Of a stretch of DNA of 64,000 nucleotides, positions 18,590 to 28,817 are shown one piece after another. The translations under genes were made by a program, and so were the position numbers. The stretch covers positions 8,777-72,776 of the forward strand of contig CALDUY010000020.1 in NCBI GenBank assembly GCA_937923405.1. Reading direction: 5' to 3'. This DNA comes from an uncultured Gemmataceae bacterium. Its GTDB lineage: Bacteria; Planctomycetota; Planctomycetia; Gemmatales; Gemmataceae. Position 1 is the stretch's first letter; every line of letters begins with the position of its first letter. The notes under the pieces were generated by a model. It did no database searches, was not told where the DNA came from, and worked only from the letters and a program-made list of their open reading frames with translations.

Positions 18590-19231
18590 TCACTCCTTGG
18601 TGCTGGACGCGCGAATTTTGATCGTGTGGGTGATGACCGTGGCGACCTGCTGCTGAGGTTCGACCTGAGGCAGCGTGATTGGCTCGGGTTCTACATAGCT
18701 GGCCGGAGTGACGCGGCTAGTAGAGATGCGGTTGTCGGTTTTGGGCACGGGATCCGGCAACGGCGAGATCGGTGGTGGGGAGGTCTTCGCTGGAGCTGGC
18801 GTTGGAGCCGGCAAGTCACCATCACGATACTCACGCTGTGGATAGTTGGGATCTCTCGGCGTGCGCGGCGTGTAGGGCGGATACGGCGGCGGAGGTAGTA
18901 CCGCTCCAGAGGGCGGCGTCGGACAGTGCGACCAGTCCGGCGGATAAGGCCAGGGAGACCAACAGGTCTGGTAGTAGCCGAAATGCTCTAGCGAACACGG
19001 ATCGCACACCGGACGCGGACAGGCACATTTGTAGCAGATGCGCGGCGGTCCTTCGACCCACCACTTGAAATGCGGCGGACAGGGTTTGCCAGGCCCACAT
19101 TTGCCCTGGCAGTTCGCGTAGCCCACGCCACAGGGGGCACATCCACCTTGCTGAGCCAACGCTGGTACGCCACTCCAGAACAGCAGTGCTAATGCCAGCG
19201 GCAACGAGTTCGCACGAAACCATGTGGACAT
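18590..19231 (-). CDS. Secreted Cys/Pro-rich hypothetical protein
   Basis: Signal peptide (LALALLFWSGVPALA|QQ). About 14 Cys in the first 100 mature residues (CAPCGVGYANCQGKCGPGKPCPP...), then a PPxY/P-rich tail. Confidence 0.5.
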   Translation of the reverse strand: MSTWFRANSLPLALALLFWSGVPALAQQGGCAPCGVGYANCQGKCGPGKPCPPHFKWWVEGPPRICYKCACPRPVCDPCSLEHFGYYQTCWSPWPYPPDWSHCPTPPSGAVLPPPPYPPYTPRTPRDPNYPQREYRDGDLPAPTPAPAKTSPPPISPLPDPVPKTDNRISTSRVTPASYVEPEPITLPQVEPQQQVATVITHTIKIRASSTKE

Positions 19232-19313
19232 GGACCTTCTCCGTGGTCAGGTTTCAAATACTGGGCGTTGAGATCCTCTCTCCGCCCCAGGCGATCATCG
19301 AACCCGCGATAGC

Positions 19314-19823
19314 TCAACGACGCCCCCCACCCCCGGACGGGGCACGAGGCGGTCGAGGTGGAGCCGCTCCCCCCGGCGCACGCGAGTAGTCGCCACCGAC
19401 CATGACTCCCAACTGCGGCCGTTGGTTCAACGGTTGTGGCTGTTGGCCGGCGACGTTCATCCCACCACCTCCGCCCTGATTCATGAAGTAATGGCTATAC
19501 GACATGAACCGCGTCGGGTGCCCCGTAATGCTCTCCCCTTCGCGTTGGCCCTCGTAAGCTCCCTGAGTGGTGCGTCCTGTAATCCCTGGACTATAGCCTG
19601 GCACGTTGGGTGCTGGCGTCACCGGCGGCGAGTACGTTCCTCCGCCGAAAAATCCTCCGCCGAAAGGACTGCTGAACGGCCCCCCCAACGGACCACCCCC
19701 CCCACCAATGGGGGCGATGAACCCGGCCCGACTCCCCGGTCGAGCAAAGATGATCTGAGCGCTAGCCTCGCTGAAGCTCACGGTCAACAGACCTAGTAGG
19801 GCCGTGAGATAGTGCTTCTTCAT
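19314..19823 (-). CDS. Secreted Gly-rich hypothetical protein
   Basis: MKKHYLTALLGLLTVSFSEASA signal peptide. GGGG/FGGG repeats. Confidence 0.45.
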   Translation of the reverse strand: MKKHYLTALLGLLTVSFSEASAQIIFARPGSRAGFIAPIGGGGGPLGGPFSSPFGGGFFGGGTYSPPVTPAPNVPGYSPGITGRTTQGAYEGQREGESITGHPTRFMSYSHYFMNQGGGGGMNVAGQQPQPLNQRPQLGVMVGGDYSRAPGGAAPPRPPRAPSGGGGRR

Positions 19824-20081
19824 GTCCCGGACTCCCGAGAACTGTTCGTTGCGAACGGCGGTCCCAATCTCGTTGTTGGGATGTCCGTTTCACTCTAGAT
19901 CAGGAAACTTTCGCTGTCCAGAATACCTTCTCGGTTCGGGATGCTCATGAGACTCGGCATCCTTTCTCTGATCGGCATAGTCGGACCGATCTCATGAACG
20001 AACTCGGACGTGATCGTGGAATCGATCCAGCAACGCCTCTTCTCGTCCGGGGCGAAACGATCGGCACAACCGGCACAGCAG

Positions 20082-21443
20082 TTAGAATCCGCCGATGAAC
20101 CCGACTCCGCTGTTGTTGTTGTTACCCCGGAAGTTCTGAATCGTGACCGAGGTCAACAAGGCAAAGCCGAGCATACGCTCGAACGGTGCCAGAGCCTTGG
20201 CCAGCACATTGTCGAACTTGATCCACGGATCGGATTGAATGTAGATGCGATCGCCAGGGAACAACTGGTAGTTGGTTCCTGTGACCCCACCTTCAGTGAT
20301 GGCGAGCCAATCGACCGGCAAAATCTGCGAGCAGCCATGATGAGCCGGCGCGGGACGGGCCACCCAGATTTTCTTCCGCGAGGCCACCGCGGGCAGTCCC
20401 TGGATGTTACTGATGGCATCCAGCACCGTTTCTCCGCCAGTGATCGGGAAGCGATAGACGTTCATGCCGAACCCCGCTCCATCGGTGATGACGTAGTACA
20501 CTTTGCTGTTGTAGGCGAAGACATCGACCGCCACTTCCGGATCTTGCAACCATTGACAGAGATGCCGTTCGATGGCGACTTTGGCCTGGGCCAGGGTCAA
20601 GCCCGCGACATAGACGCAGCCGTACCCCCCGAGACTGATCGTGCCATCGGGTCGAACCAGATGCTCTCCGCGTGTCTGTTGGACGCCGCGATATTGCACC
20701 AGTCCCACCGCGACGCTAGGATCCTTGAGCGCTCCACGCAATTGATTGCGAAGCACCCGCTCCACCTCTTCGATGGTCAGGCCAGCGACGCGCACCTGAC
20801 CGTAGCTGAACCCGAGGTTAACCATGCCGTCAGGCGAGATGATGTACTGTCCATCGATCGGCTCGTCGGGCAAGGTTTTCGCCACTCGGATATACAGCAC
20901 GTCCATCGGTCCAACGGTGTATGGCGGCTTGGGAGTCAAGCGGATTGGATCCAAAAAGAGAATGTCCGGCGGCTCGATGACATAAGGCGGCAAGCTGGTT
21001 TTGGCCTTCTCCGTGGGGATATAGCCGGGCGGCGGCATCGCGTCGGGGCCGGGGCCGTGCGGTGCGGCGGCGAATGTTGGCTCCGGCATTGCTGGCGATA
21101 GCATTCCGTGCAACGGCATCGGTGGCGGCGGTGCGGCCACGGGCGGCGGTGCGGCCACGGGCGGCGGTCCTGAGATCACCGACGGATAGTTTGGTGAGCC
21201 AGGCATAACGTTCCCTGGCGGCGGAGCATAGCCGTTGGTCTGCACAATCGGCCCCTGCTGCGACGCGGCTGGCGGAGTTTGATAACCCGCTGCCATCATG
21301 TTGGCCGGTTGCGGCGGAGGGGGCGGCGGTTGTGGGGAGGGATCGACGAAGGAGACTTGCAACTGACACCCGGCAACGGCCAGGATCAGGCAGAGGCTGA
21401 CCCAGGCTCCGATGAGCAGTCGCGCTCTTGATCGCGATGACAT
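20082..21443 (-). CDS. Polysaccharide export outer-membrane lipoprotein (Wza/KpsD-like, SLBB domains)
   Basis: Lipobox LAVAGC, Pro-rich linker, then PGDRIYI / soluble-ligand-binding beta-grasp repeats typical of polysaccharide export proteins. Confidence 0.65.
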   Translation of the reverse strand: MSSRSRARLLIGAWVSLCLILAVAGCQLQVSFVDPSPQPPPPPPQPANMMAAGYQTPPAASQQGPIVQTNGYAPPPGNVMPGSPNYPSVISGPPPVAAPPPVAAPPPPMPLHGMLSPAMPEPTFAAAPHGPGPDAMPPPGYIPTEKAKTSLPPYVIEPPDILFLDPIRLTPKPPYTVGPMDVLYIRVAKTLPDEPIDGQYIISPDGMVNLGFSYGQVRVAGLTIEEVERVLRNQLRGALKDPSVAVGLVQYRGVQQTRGEHLVRPDGTISLGGYGCVYVAGLTLAQAKVAIERHLCQWLQDPEVAVDVFAYNSKVYYVITDGAGFGMNVYRFPITGGETVLDAISNIQGLPAVASRKKIWVARPAPAHHGCSQILPVDWLAITEGGVTGTNYQLFPGDRIYIQSDPWIKFDNVLAKALAPFERMLGFALLTSVTIQNFRGNNNNSGVGFIGGF

Positions 21444-21831
21444 GATTCACATTCCTCCCCAGAGCATACAAGTGCGAACCCGCTTACCTGCGCGATGCTC
21501 TTGTATCCGTTCTTTGAATTTGTTCTGTCTCGCTGCTTCAGCAGCAATCTGTCCCCCTGGAAACAAACAGAACAATCCGCGGAGATACTATGGCTCTGGC
21601 GTTTCTCTGCCGAACGGACTTATCGCAGAACTTGAGAGCGAGGCTCATAACCTGATCGATTCACCTTTGCAAGAGCGAATCATCGAGAAACGATCAACGA
21701 TCCGTGGTCTTTGTTCTCCTCGTGCTAACCGTACTTATCCAGTCACTGTCCTTTCCTGGACTGCTTGACAAGTAAGCTGGGCGATGTAGGGTGAGAGGTC
21801 AGAGCCTGCCAATATCACCTGAGAGAATCCG

Positions 21832-24003
21832 ATGACCCTTCGTGTGATCGCACTGCTTGCCCTGCTGCCCAGTGCCGTCCGTGGCGAAGAGTTGTTCCGC
21901 GATCGCATCGCGCCACTATTGGAAAAACGGTGCATTTTCTGTCATCAACCGACGAAGTCGCGTGGCGGCTTGGATCTGTCCACACGCGCGGGACTGCTCG
22001 CCGGTGGAGACAATGGGCCAGTGCTTGCCGGCACCGATGCCAGCCAGAGCCGACTGTTTCAGCTCGTCTCCGGCCCAATGCCTCGGATGCCACGCGCGGG
22101 AGCCAAGTTGTCGGACCGTCAACTCCAGGATCTGAAACGCTGGATCGAAGCGGGAACTCCGTGGACCGAAGGCGTTCGCTTGCAAGCTCGCGAAGTAGAA
22201 CGCCAATCCACTTGGTGGTCGCTGCGTGAGGTGCATTTGCCACCGATTCCCGCGGTTCGACAACGAGAGTGGATACGCACGCCCGTCGATAGCTTTATTC
22301 TTGCCGCGCTCGAACGTCGGGGATTGACTCCAGCACCCACGGCGGATCGTCGCACTCTGCTGCGTCGCGTCACCTTCGACCTAACTGGTCTGCCGCCAAC
22401 TCCCGAAGAACTCGATGCCTTTCTGCACGATACGCGCCCCGACGCTTATGAGCGAGTCGTCGATCGACTTTTGGCCTCACCAGCTTATGGCGAACGCTGG
22501 GGGCGACACTGGCTCGACGTCGTCCACTACGCCGACACCCACGGTTACGACAAGGACAAACGCCGCGACAGCGCCTGGCCCTATCGAGACTGGGTGATCG
22601 CTGCGCTGAATCGCGATCTGTCCTATCGCGAATTTGTGCGACTGCAACTCGCCGGAGATGTGCTGCATCCGGACGACGCCCAGGCGATCAGCGCCACTGG
22701 ATTTGTCGTTGCTGGTCCTTGGGACTTTGTCGGTCATGTTGAACTGCGTGAAGGAACTGTCGATAAAGAAAAAACTCGGTTGCTGGATCGTGACGACATG
22801 GTCACGAATGCCCTGGGTACCTTCACGAGTCTGACCGTGGGCTGCGCTCGCTGTCACGATCACAAGTTCGATCCCATTCCACAGCGCGATTACTACCGTT
22901 TGCAGGCGGTCTTTGCTGGGGTCGAACGTGGATCGCGCTCGCTGGTCGATGGCTTCACCAGCCGAGAGAAGCCGCCGCGCATCTCACGACCGCTGGCCGT
23001 GGAGTACTCCGAGGTCTACGCGATCAAGTCGATTCTGCCTCGGCCAATCCATGTGTTGCGGCGCGGTGATGTCGAGCAGAAGAAGGAGCTGGCTTCGCCC
23101 GGAACGTTATCCTGTATCCCCGGCTTGTCTGCCGATTTTTCGCTTCAAGGCACGACCGAAGGCGAACGTCGGCTCGCCCTGGCAGACTGGCTCGTTGACC
23201 AACGCCATCCCCTCACTTGGCGATCGATCGTGAATCGAGTCTGGCACTATCACTTCGGTCGGGGACTGGTCGACACTCCCAACGACTTTGGCCAGATGGG
23301 ATCGCTGCCCTCCCATCCAGAGCTGCTCGATTGGTTAGCCGTCCAATTTCGTCAATCCGGATCGCTAAAGTCGCTGCATCGCCTCCTTGTGACCAGCGCT
23401 GTCTATCAGCAATCCAGTCAGCACTCCGGCTCAGGAGAGCGACTCGACGCCGACAATCGTCTGCTATGGCGGATGAATCGGCAACGGCTCGATGCCGAGA
23501 GTTTGCGTGATGCGATTCTCGCCGTCAGCGGCCAACTCAATCGCTCGATGGGCGGACCGGGCTACGAACTGTTTCACTTCAAAGACGATCATTCCCCGGT
23601 CTACGATCATTTCGACCTACAGGCTCAGTACAATCCCAAAACGTATCGACGAACCGTCTATCGCTTCACAGTCCGCAGTGTGCCGAACCCCTTACTCGAT
23701 TGCTTCGACAGTGCTGATCCCAATTTACCAACCCCTGTGAGAAACACGACGCTGACCGCACTCCAGGCTTTGGCCCTGATGAACAATCCGTTCGTGGTCC
23801 GACAGGCGAAACACTTTGCTGAGCGAGTGCAGGCACAAGCGGACTCAGTCGAACAACAGATCGATCAGGCGTTTCGACTGGCATTTGGGCGTCCGCCTAC
23901 CTCGGCGGAGCGGCAGGCCGTGGCTAGGCACGCTCGTCAATTCGGTCTGACTGTTGCCTGCCGAGTGCTGCTCAATACCAACGAGTTTGTCTTTGTCGAT
24001 TGA
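21832..24003 (+). CDS. PSCyt2 (planctomycete cytochrome C) - DUF1549 - DUF1553 domain protein
   Basis: Signal peptide. N-terminal CIFCHQ haem-binding motif in the PSCyt2 context (LFRDRIAPLLEKRCIFCHQP). Conserved DUF1549 region (ERWGRHWLDV..YAD) and C-terminal DUF1553. Confidence 0.8.
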   Translation: MTLRVIALLALLPSAVRGEELFRDRIAPLLEKRCIFCHQPTKSRGGLDLSTRAGLLAGGDNGPVLAGTDASQSRLFQLVSGPMPRMPRAGAKLSDRQLQDLKRWIEAGTPWTEGVRLQAREVERQSTWWSLREVHLPPIPAVRQREWIRTPVDSFILAALERRGLTPAPTADRRTLLRRVTFDLTGLPPTPEELDAFLHDTRPDAYERVVDRLLASPAYGERWGRHWLDVVHYADTHGYDKDKRRDSAWPYRDWVIAALNRDLSYREFVRLQLAGDVLHPDDAQAISATGFVVAGPWDFVGHVELREGTVDKEKTRLLDRDDMVTNALGTFTSLTVGCARCHDHKFDPIPQRDYYRLQAVFAGVERGSRSLVDGFTSREKPPRISRPLAVEYSEVYAIKSILPRPIHVLRRGDVEQKKELASPGTLSCIPGLSADFSLQGTTEGERRLALADWLVDQRHPLTWRSIVNRVWHYHFGRGLVDTPNDFGQMGSLPSHPELLDWLAVQFRQSGSLKSLHRLLVTSAVYQQSSQHSGSGERLDADNRLLWRMNRQRLDAESLRDAILAVSGQLNRSMGGPGYELFHFKDDHSPVYDHFDLQAQYNPKTYRRTVYRFTVRSVPNPLLDCFDSADPNLPTPVRNTTLTALQALALMNNPFVVRQAKHFAERVQAQADSVEQQIDQAFRLAFGRPPTSAERQAVARHARQFGLTVACRVLLNTNEFVFVD

Positions 24004-24014
24004 CAAAGTCCAGT

Positions 24015-25172
24015 TCAGAGTGAGCGATAGATGCTCAGGCAATGCTCGACGACCTTGCTCCAGACAAACCGCTCTAACACCCAGGCTCGGGCAGCGCGGC
24101 CCATCTGTTCGACATGCTCGGGATGCGCCGCCAGCCAGGCGATTCGCTCTCGTAGAGTGTGGGGGTCATTCGGCGGAACGACGAACCCCGTTTCGCCGTG
24201 ACGAACGACTTCGGGCATGCTCGCCACGGCGGAGCAAATCGCCGGCGTACCACAGGCCATGCCTTCAATCAATGTCTGGCCGAGTAATTCCGGCACTTCG
24301 GAGCGATTGCCGTACATGTCCTCGTACACACTGGGCAAGACTACACAATTGGCACGACGATAGGCATCGATAATGTCTCGATCTTGGCAATCGTGTCGCA
24401 ATCGAACGGATTTATTTCCTATTCGATTGAGCAATTCCTGGTAATAGCGATTGTCCATTTTCTGGCCGATGATTTCTGCACTCAGTGGAGGAATGATTGC
24501 GTCCATCAAATAATTGATTCCCTTATGAGCGAGCAATCGACCGACAAACACTGCCGAGAGATTACGAGGAGTCGGCTCAGCAGCAGGGCAGAACCGGTCG
24601 GTGTCCACCCCGCCGTAGATGACGTGGGCGAACGGCTTGTCGGCATGGCCGGTATGTCGACGACTGTATTGACTGATGTGTAAGTGGGCGTGAAACCAGC
24701 GATCGGTCGAAATGTATGAAGAGAAATCCCAACCGCCTCCACCTAGGTCGGTGACGACGACTTTTCTCCCGCTTAGTCGACAAAAGAGAGCTGCTATGCT
24801 GCTCATGACGATGTAGCGTTGATGGCAATGAACGATGTCCGCCTCGGCCAGGCGACGAACGGCTTCTAGCGCGAAAGGGTTATGGCGATTGCCGCGGATG
24901 TGCCAGGCTTGATCGACAATCACGACGCGAAGGGATTGCTCGTAGTACAGGTCGCGTTGAGAGCCGAAAGTCAACAACGTCGTCGGCGTGACACGAGCCA
25001 TGTGCCGAGCTAGTTCGTAGGCATAGCGTTCGGCTCCGCCAACGATGCCGCTAGGGCCGAACAGCGTCGGCACAACGTGCAGAACGTGCGGCGACTGCTC
25101 CTGACGAATCGAGCGGCGATGAAACCAAGTTGGCGAGGAAGGCGAGATCGAGGTTGACGAATCGTGGGTCAT
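24015..25172 (-). CDS. Glycosyltransferase family 4 (GT-B, RfaB-like)
   Basis: EGMACGTPAICSAV...PEVV..GETGF motif of GT4. ORF extends to 25214; the internal Met with the MTHDSS start is more likely. Confidence 0.75.
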   Translation of the reverse strand: MTHDSSTSISPSSPTWFHRRSIRQEQSPHVLHVVPTLFGPSGIVGGAERYAYELARHMARVTPTTLLTFGSQRDLYYEQSLRVVIVDQAWHIRGNRHNPFALEAVRRLAEADIVHCHQRYIVMSSIAALFCRLSGRKVVVTDLGGGGWDFSSYISTDRWFHAHLHISQYSRRHTGHADKPFAHVIYGGVDTDRFCPAAEPTPRNLSAVFVGRLLAHKGINYLMDAIIPPLSAEIIGQKMDNRYYQELLNRIGNKSVRLRHDCQDRDIIDAYRRANCVVLPSVYEDMYGNRSEVPELLGQTLIEGMACGTPAICSAVASMPEVVRHGETGFVVPPNDPHTLRERIAWLAAHPEHVEQMGRAARAWVLERFVWSKVVEHCLSIYRSL

Positions 25173-25207
25173 GCCAATTTCAGAAACACTGGGGAATGCT
25201 CGCCGAC

Positions 25208-25930
25208 TCAGCATAGGCAGCCCACGTAGCTACCAACCAACAACGGACGCAGTCGCACTTCGCTTCGACAGACCGGACAGATGTCGCCGACTTTGAGTTT
25301 TTGCCCTATCGGAGACGTTTGGGCGATAGCGGAGGACGTCGCTTGACTGAATGGCAGAAACTCGGCCAGTGTTGCTTTATGCCAACCGGAGCGAGGTTGC
25401 AATCGTATCTGGGGTGAGGCGAGCAAGGCTTGCTTGCTGGTGATCTTCGCCGAGAACGAGGCGAAGTTGACATATACCGTCTCGAGGCAGAACTGCTTGG
25501 GATCGCCCATCCGCGGATCGAGCGGTTGAATGACTCCATACTGAAAAGCCAACTGTAATAGATCGAAGTCAGAGCCAATCTGTCGGGAACGCTCGCCGGA
25601 CAGCAGAAACAGCCCACAGGGATAGTAGACCGCACTGAGCCAGAAGCCTGGACCAGCGACGTGATAGCCCGAGATGCTAAAGGTGAAGCCGCGTTGCTTG
25701 CGCAGATGCTCGGTTAGCTGGCGAGCTAGGGTATAACTGGAGGTGCCCACGGGGAGATAGGCACAGGGAACGGCGATACGGGTCAGACAGTCCTGACAAG
25801 TCACCATCAACAGCGGAGCAAGCGGAGTGCCAGCATCTAGACACGCCAGCACCGACGAATCGGAGCCGTAGTAGCCGCTAAAACAACCATGCTGCTCGAC
25901 ATGCTGTAAGAACGAAGCGGGCAAGCTCAT
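25208..25930 (-). CDS. Hypothetical protein (operonic with GT4; Cys-rich C-terminus CPVCRSEV...GCLC)
   Basis: ORF with GGAAGGG RBS 7 nt upstream of the internal ATG (MSLPASF...). 4-nt overlap with the downstream GT4 gene. No recognisable family. Confidence 0.4.
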   Translation of the reverse strand: MSLPASFLQHVEQHGCFSGYYGSDSSVLACLDAGTPLAPLLMVTCQDCLTRIAVPCAYLPVGTSSYTLARQLTEHLRKQRGFTFSISGYHVAGPGFWLSAVYYPCGLFLLSGERSRQIGSDFDLLQLAFQYGVIQPLDPRMGDPKQFCLETVYVNFASFSAKITSKQALLASPQIRLQPRSGWHKATLAEFLPFSQATSSAIAQTSPIGQKLKVGDICPVCRSEVRLRPLLVGSYVGCLC

Positions 25931-26111
25931 GGCATCCCTTCCCGGAAGAGGAGATCGAAGGACCGGGGCTTCACGGACATAAGCTAGCAACGATGTCGGA
26001 ACGAAGCAAGATCCCCATCTTGTCGCGAGCAATCCCTCCGTATGACGGCTCGATTTCTATAATGAAGCCAACGAGAAGGTTGACTTCTGAAGCGAGCGAG
26101 GAGGAAGGGGA

Positions 26112-28730
26112 GTGAATCCGCGGTTGTGGCAGCTTTTGCTGATGGCAGTGAAGTCCATCAAGACCCCCTCGACGCCGATGTCCCCTGCTCGCGCTGCTGC
26201 TCGTCCCATTCCTCCGCCTCCGCCGACTCCCATGCGATTGCTGCAAACCGAATATCTTCTAAAAGGGATCTTTGTTGGTCTAGTTCTTTACAGCGGGTTG
26301 CTCCTGGCCGCCCTGCCCGAGGACGCGTCAACTGATGGATTGACGCGCTTTCAGCTGGCCACACTGGCCGGCTTTGGCTTGGCTTTGATCGTCGCCGCCT
26401 GTCTGCGCTTCCGCGATGCCTTGCGTGCTCGCGGACGGTTTCTCGCCTTCCTCCTGTTTCTCTTGCTGGAAAGTCCGACACTGGTGTATGTCGGCATCCT
26501 CGGCGGGGCGGTCGTGGGACTGATGCTGCTGCGGGGCGAACTGCCGCGACTCGACGACGAGCCACGCGCCGCCCTGGAGCAACTGTTTCTGCCGGTGATC
26601 GGTGGAGCGGCCCTGGCTGGGCTGGTCTTCGGCTGGCTTCGCCAGGTGCGCAATGGCCTGACTCGCCTACTGCTGGTGCTAGCCTTGGCCGGTAGTCTGG
26701 TCGCCGGCGCGTTCTGGGGTTTAGATCTGCCTGGGCTGGATCTGTTCGGTCAAACGGCTGGTTATCAGCTGGCCAATCCGTCTGCCTTTGCCTTGCAATT
26801 GCTGTTCAGTCTGCCCTTCTTTTATCTGCTGACCTTCTCCGGTCAGGAAGAAGAGTCGGAGATCGAGATTGCCGTCATGATGGGCATGCTGGCCCTGGGG
26901 CTGACCATTCTGTTCGCGGTCAACCATCCGCCGATGGCCAAGGTCGCGCTGTTGATACCGATCTTGCTCTACTTCCTTTACACCATTCGCATCTTGCCCG
27001 GCCTGCGAGTGATGAAGCACGCCTTTCGCGGTCTCAGCTACGCACGGGTTGGCCGGCATCGGCGAGCCTTACTCGCCTTTCGCCGAGCCTTGCATCTCCA
27101 ACCGCAACATCGCCTGGCCCGAGATGGCTTCTGGGAAGTGCATCGTGCTCTCGACTTCGAGCAACTTTCCCGCGATCCGGACATGCTCGCTCTGGTCGAT
27201 CTCGATCTGTGCCTGGATCGAGCCGGGTCACTATTGTTGAGCAAGCCCAGCAGCGAGCAGCTGATCGAGGCTCAACGACTGCTAGAACTGGTAGAGCAAC
27301 TGGACCCGCGCCGCAAGCCGGTGATCGCCTACTGGCGTGCGGTGCTATGGACTCATCAGAAGCAACTCGACGAGGCAGCTCGCGAATTGGAGCAACTGCT
27401 CGATCCTGGGACGTTTGGTCGAGACAATCCGCATCGCCGATCGATTCTGCTAGCCGGCTGGCAATTGGCCCTGCAACTGCACGAGGGCTTGCGTCAGCGA
27501 GTCGGCCTGCCTCAGTTGACTCGACCGGGGCGGCGAGTGGAAGCAATCCAAGCGGTGGAACGACACCTGGCCGCCAACTCCGACGATCCAGCGGCGATCG
27601 ACCTGAAGAAGTTTCTCTACGATGAACTGACCGAGGAGGAATACAACCACGGAGCCGGCGGTGAGGATCTAGCAGCCCCAGCAGTCGATCATGCCTACCT
27701 GCAATTTTTGGGAATGCGCTTGATTCAAGATGAGGCACGCTGGCGGCGTGGTGGGGAATATCTGCGTCTGGCCGCCCGAGGATTGCCCGAACTGGGACCA
27801 AGCTTGTTCGTGCAGATCGCCCAGGCCCAGCAACGAGCCGGCCTGTTCGAGGAATCGCGGCACAACTACGAACTAGCTAAACGTGCTGGGCTAAGTGCCG
27901 GCTGGCGTTCTCTGGACGACGAGCAACGCCAGGCCTACTTCACCGCGGTCAAGGTACTGGCCGAGGAGGCGCTGGGCCGCGACGACCTCGACGCCGCTAT
28001 CGAGAACTTTCGCCTCTACAGCGAGTCGGAGCGAAGCGGGATCGAGACACTCCGCGTGCTGGCCAGTTTGTACGAACGGCGCGGCGATGCTCTGGCTGCT
28101 GCTCGGGCCACCGATCAGGCCCTGCAATACAACTCGTCGGATCCAGACTTACTAGAGCGAAAAGATCGCTATTACTTCTCCATCCAGCCCGAAGATTTGC
28201 GACGACGGCTGGAACAGTACGGCCCTGGGCTGGACGTGGCTTACTGCCTGCAAAAGTCGCGTTGGATTCTCGACAAATTCCACGATGCGGAGTGGTTGGA
28301 AGTCGCCCATCACCTGACCTCGCTGGTCTTGGTGCTGAAGCCCGAGAGCCTGGTCGCGAAGCTGCTACATGCTCGCTGTTTGCTTCGCCTGGGACATCGC
28401 GAGCAGGCCATCTCGCTGCTGGAGGACGTGCGCGGCACTGAGAAGCCTGAGCGGTTCGCCTCTAGTGAAGATGAGGAGGCTTGGTATACCACCGCGCAGT
28501 TGCTGGCCGATCTCTACCTCGAACACAATCGGGCGGACTTAGCCATCCCGTGTCTGTTGGACTTTCGTAAGTCGTCCAAAAGCGGTGCCAAAACGCTGTT
28601 CAAGCTCGGCCAAGCCTACGAGCAGCTCGGCGACATCGCTCGCGCCAAGAAGTGCTACGAGCAAGTTACAGCCTATGAGGGTAATCCCCTGACCTACGAT
28701 GCCCGCGAAGCCCTGACTCGGCTGGGGTGA
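26112..28730 (+). CDS. Large polytopic membrane protein with C-terminal TPR-like repeats
   Basis: About 10 hydrophobic helices in the first 300 aa, then helical-repeat (TPR-like) region rich in L/A/R/E. Confidence 0.55.
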   Translation: MNPRLWQLLLMAVKSIKTPSTPMSPARAAARPIPPPPPTPMRLLQTEYLLKGIFVGLVLYSGLLLAALPEDASTDGLTRFQLATLAGFGLALIVAACLRFRDALRARGRFLAFLLFLLLESPTLVYVGILGGAVVGLMLLRGELPRLDDEPRAALEQLFLPVIGGAALAGLVFGWLRQVRNGLTRLLLVLALAGSLVAGAFWGLDLPGLDLFGQTAGYQLANPSAFALQLLFSLPFFYLLTFSGQEEESEIEIAVMMGMLALGLTILFAVNHPPMAKVALLIPILLYFLYTIRILPGLRVMKHAFRGLSYARVGRHRRALLAFRRALHLQPQHRLARDGFWEVHRALDFEQLSRDPDMLALVDLDLCLDRAGSLLLSKPSSEQLIEAQRLLELVEQLDPRRKPVIAYWRAVLWTHQKQLDEAARELEQLLDPGTFGRDNPHRRSILLAGWQLALQLHEGLRQRVGLPQLTRPGRRVEAIQAVERHLAANSDDPAAIDLKKFLYDELTEEEYNHGAGGEDLAAPAVDHAYLQFLGMRLIQDEARWRRGGEYLRLAARGLPELGPSLFVQIAQAQQRAGLFEESRHNYELAKRAGLSAGWRSLDDEQRQAYFTAVKVLAEEALGRDDLDAAIENFRLYSESERSGIETLRVLASLYERRGDALAAARATDQALQYNSSDPDLLERKDRYYFSIQPEDLRRRLEQYGPGLDVAYCLQKSRWILDKFHDAEWLEVAHHLTSLVLVLKPESLVAKLLHARCLLRLGHREQAISLLEDVRGTEKPERFASSEDEEAWYTTAQLLADLYLEHNRADLAIPCLLDFRKSSKSGAKTLFKLGQAYEQLGDIARAKKCYEQVTAYEGNPLTYDAREALTRLG

Positions 28731-28817
28731 AACTCGTTGTGCTCTTCTCTGCTCAAACCAGCGAGGCAAGCAGGAGGGCACCATTCCTTTCGAGACCATG
28801 TCTGAGGGAAGACACTG

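Noticed and set aside
18380-18898. 172-aa plus-strand ORF starting in the hairpin cluster and running antisense into the Cys-rich protein gene
   Set aside because: Begins inside palindromic repeats. R-rich. Antisense to a gene with a clear signal peptide.
20010-21101. 363-aa plus-strand ORF antisense to the Wza-like gene
   Set aside because: Shadow ORF with R/D/G-rich junk composition. The minus-strand frame has lipobox and SLBB motifs.
27034-27801. 255-aa minus-strand ORF inside the TPR membrane protein gene
   Set aside because: Antisense shadow ORF, Arg/Pro/Ser-rich.
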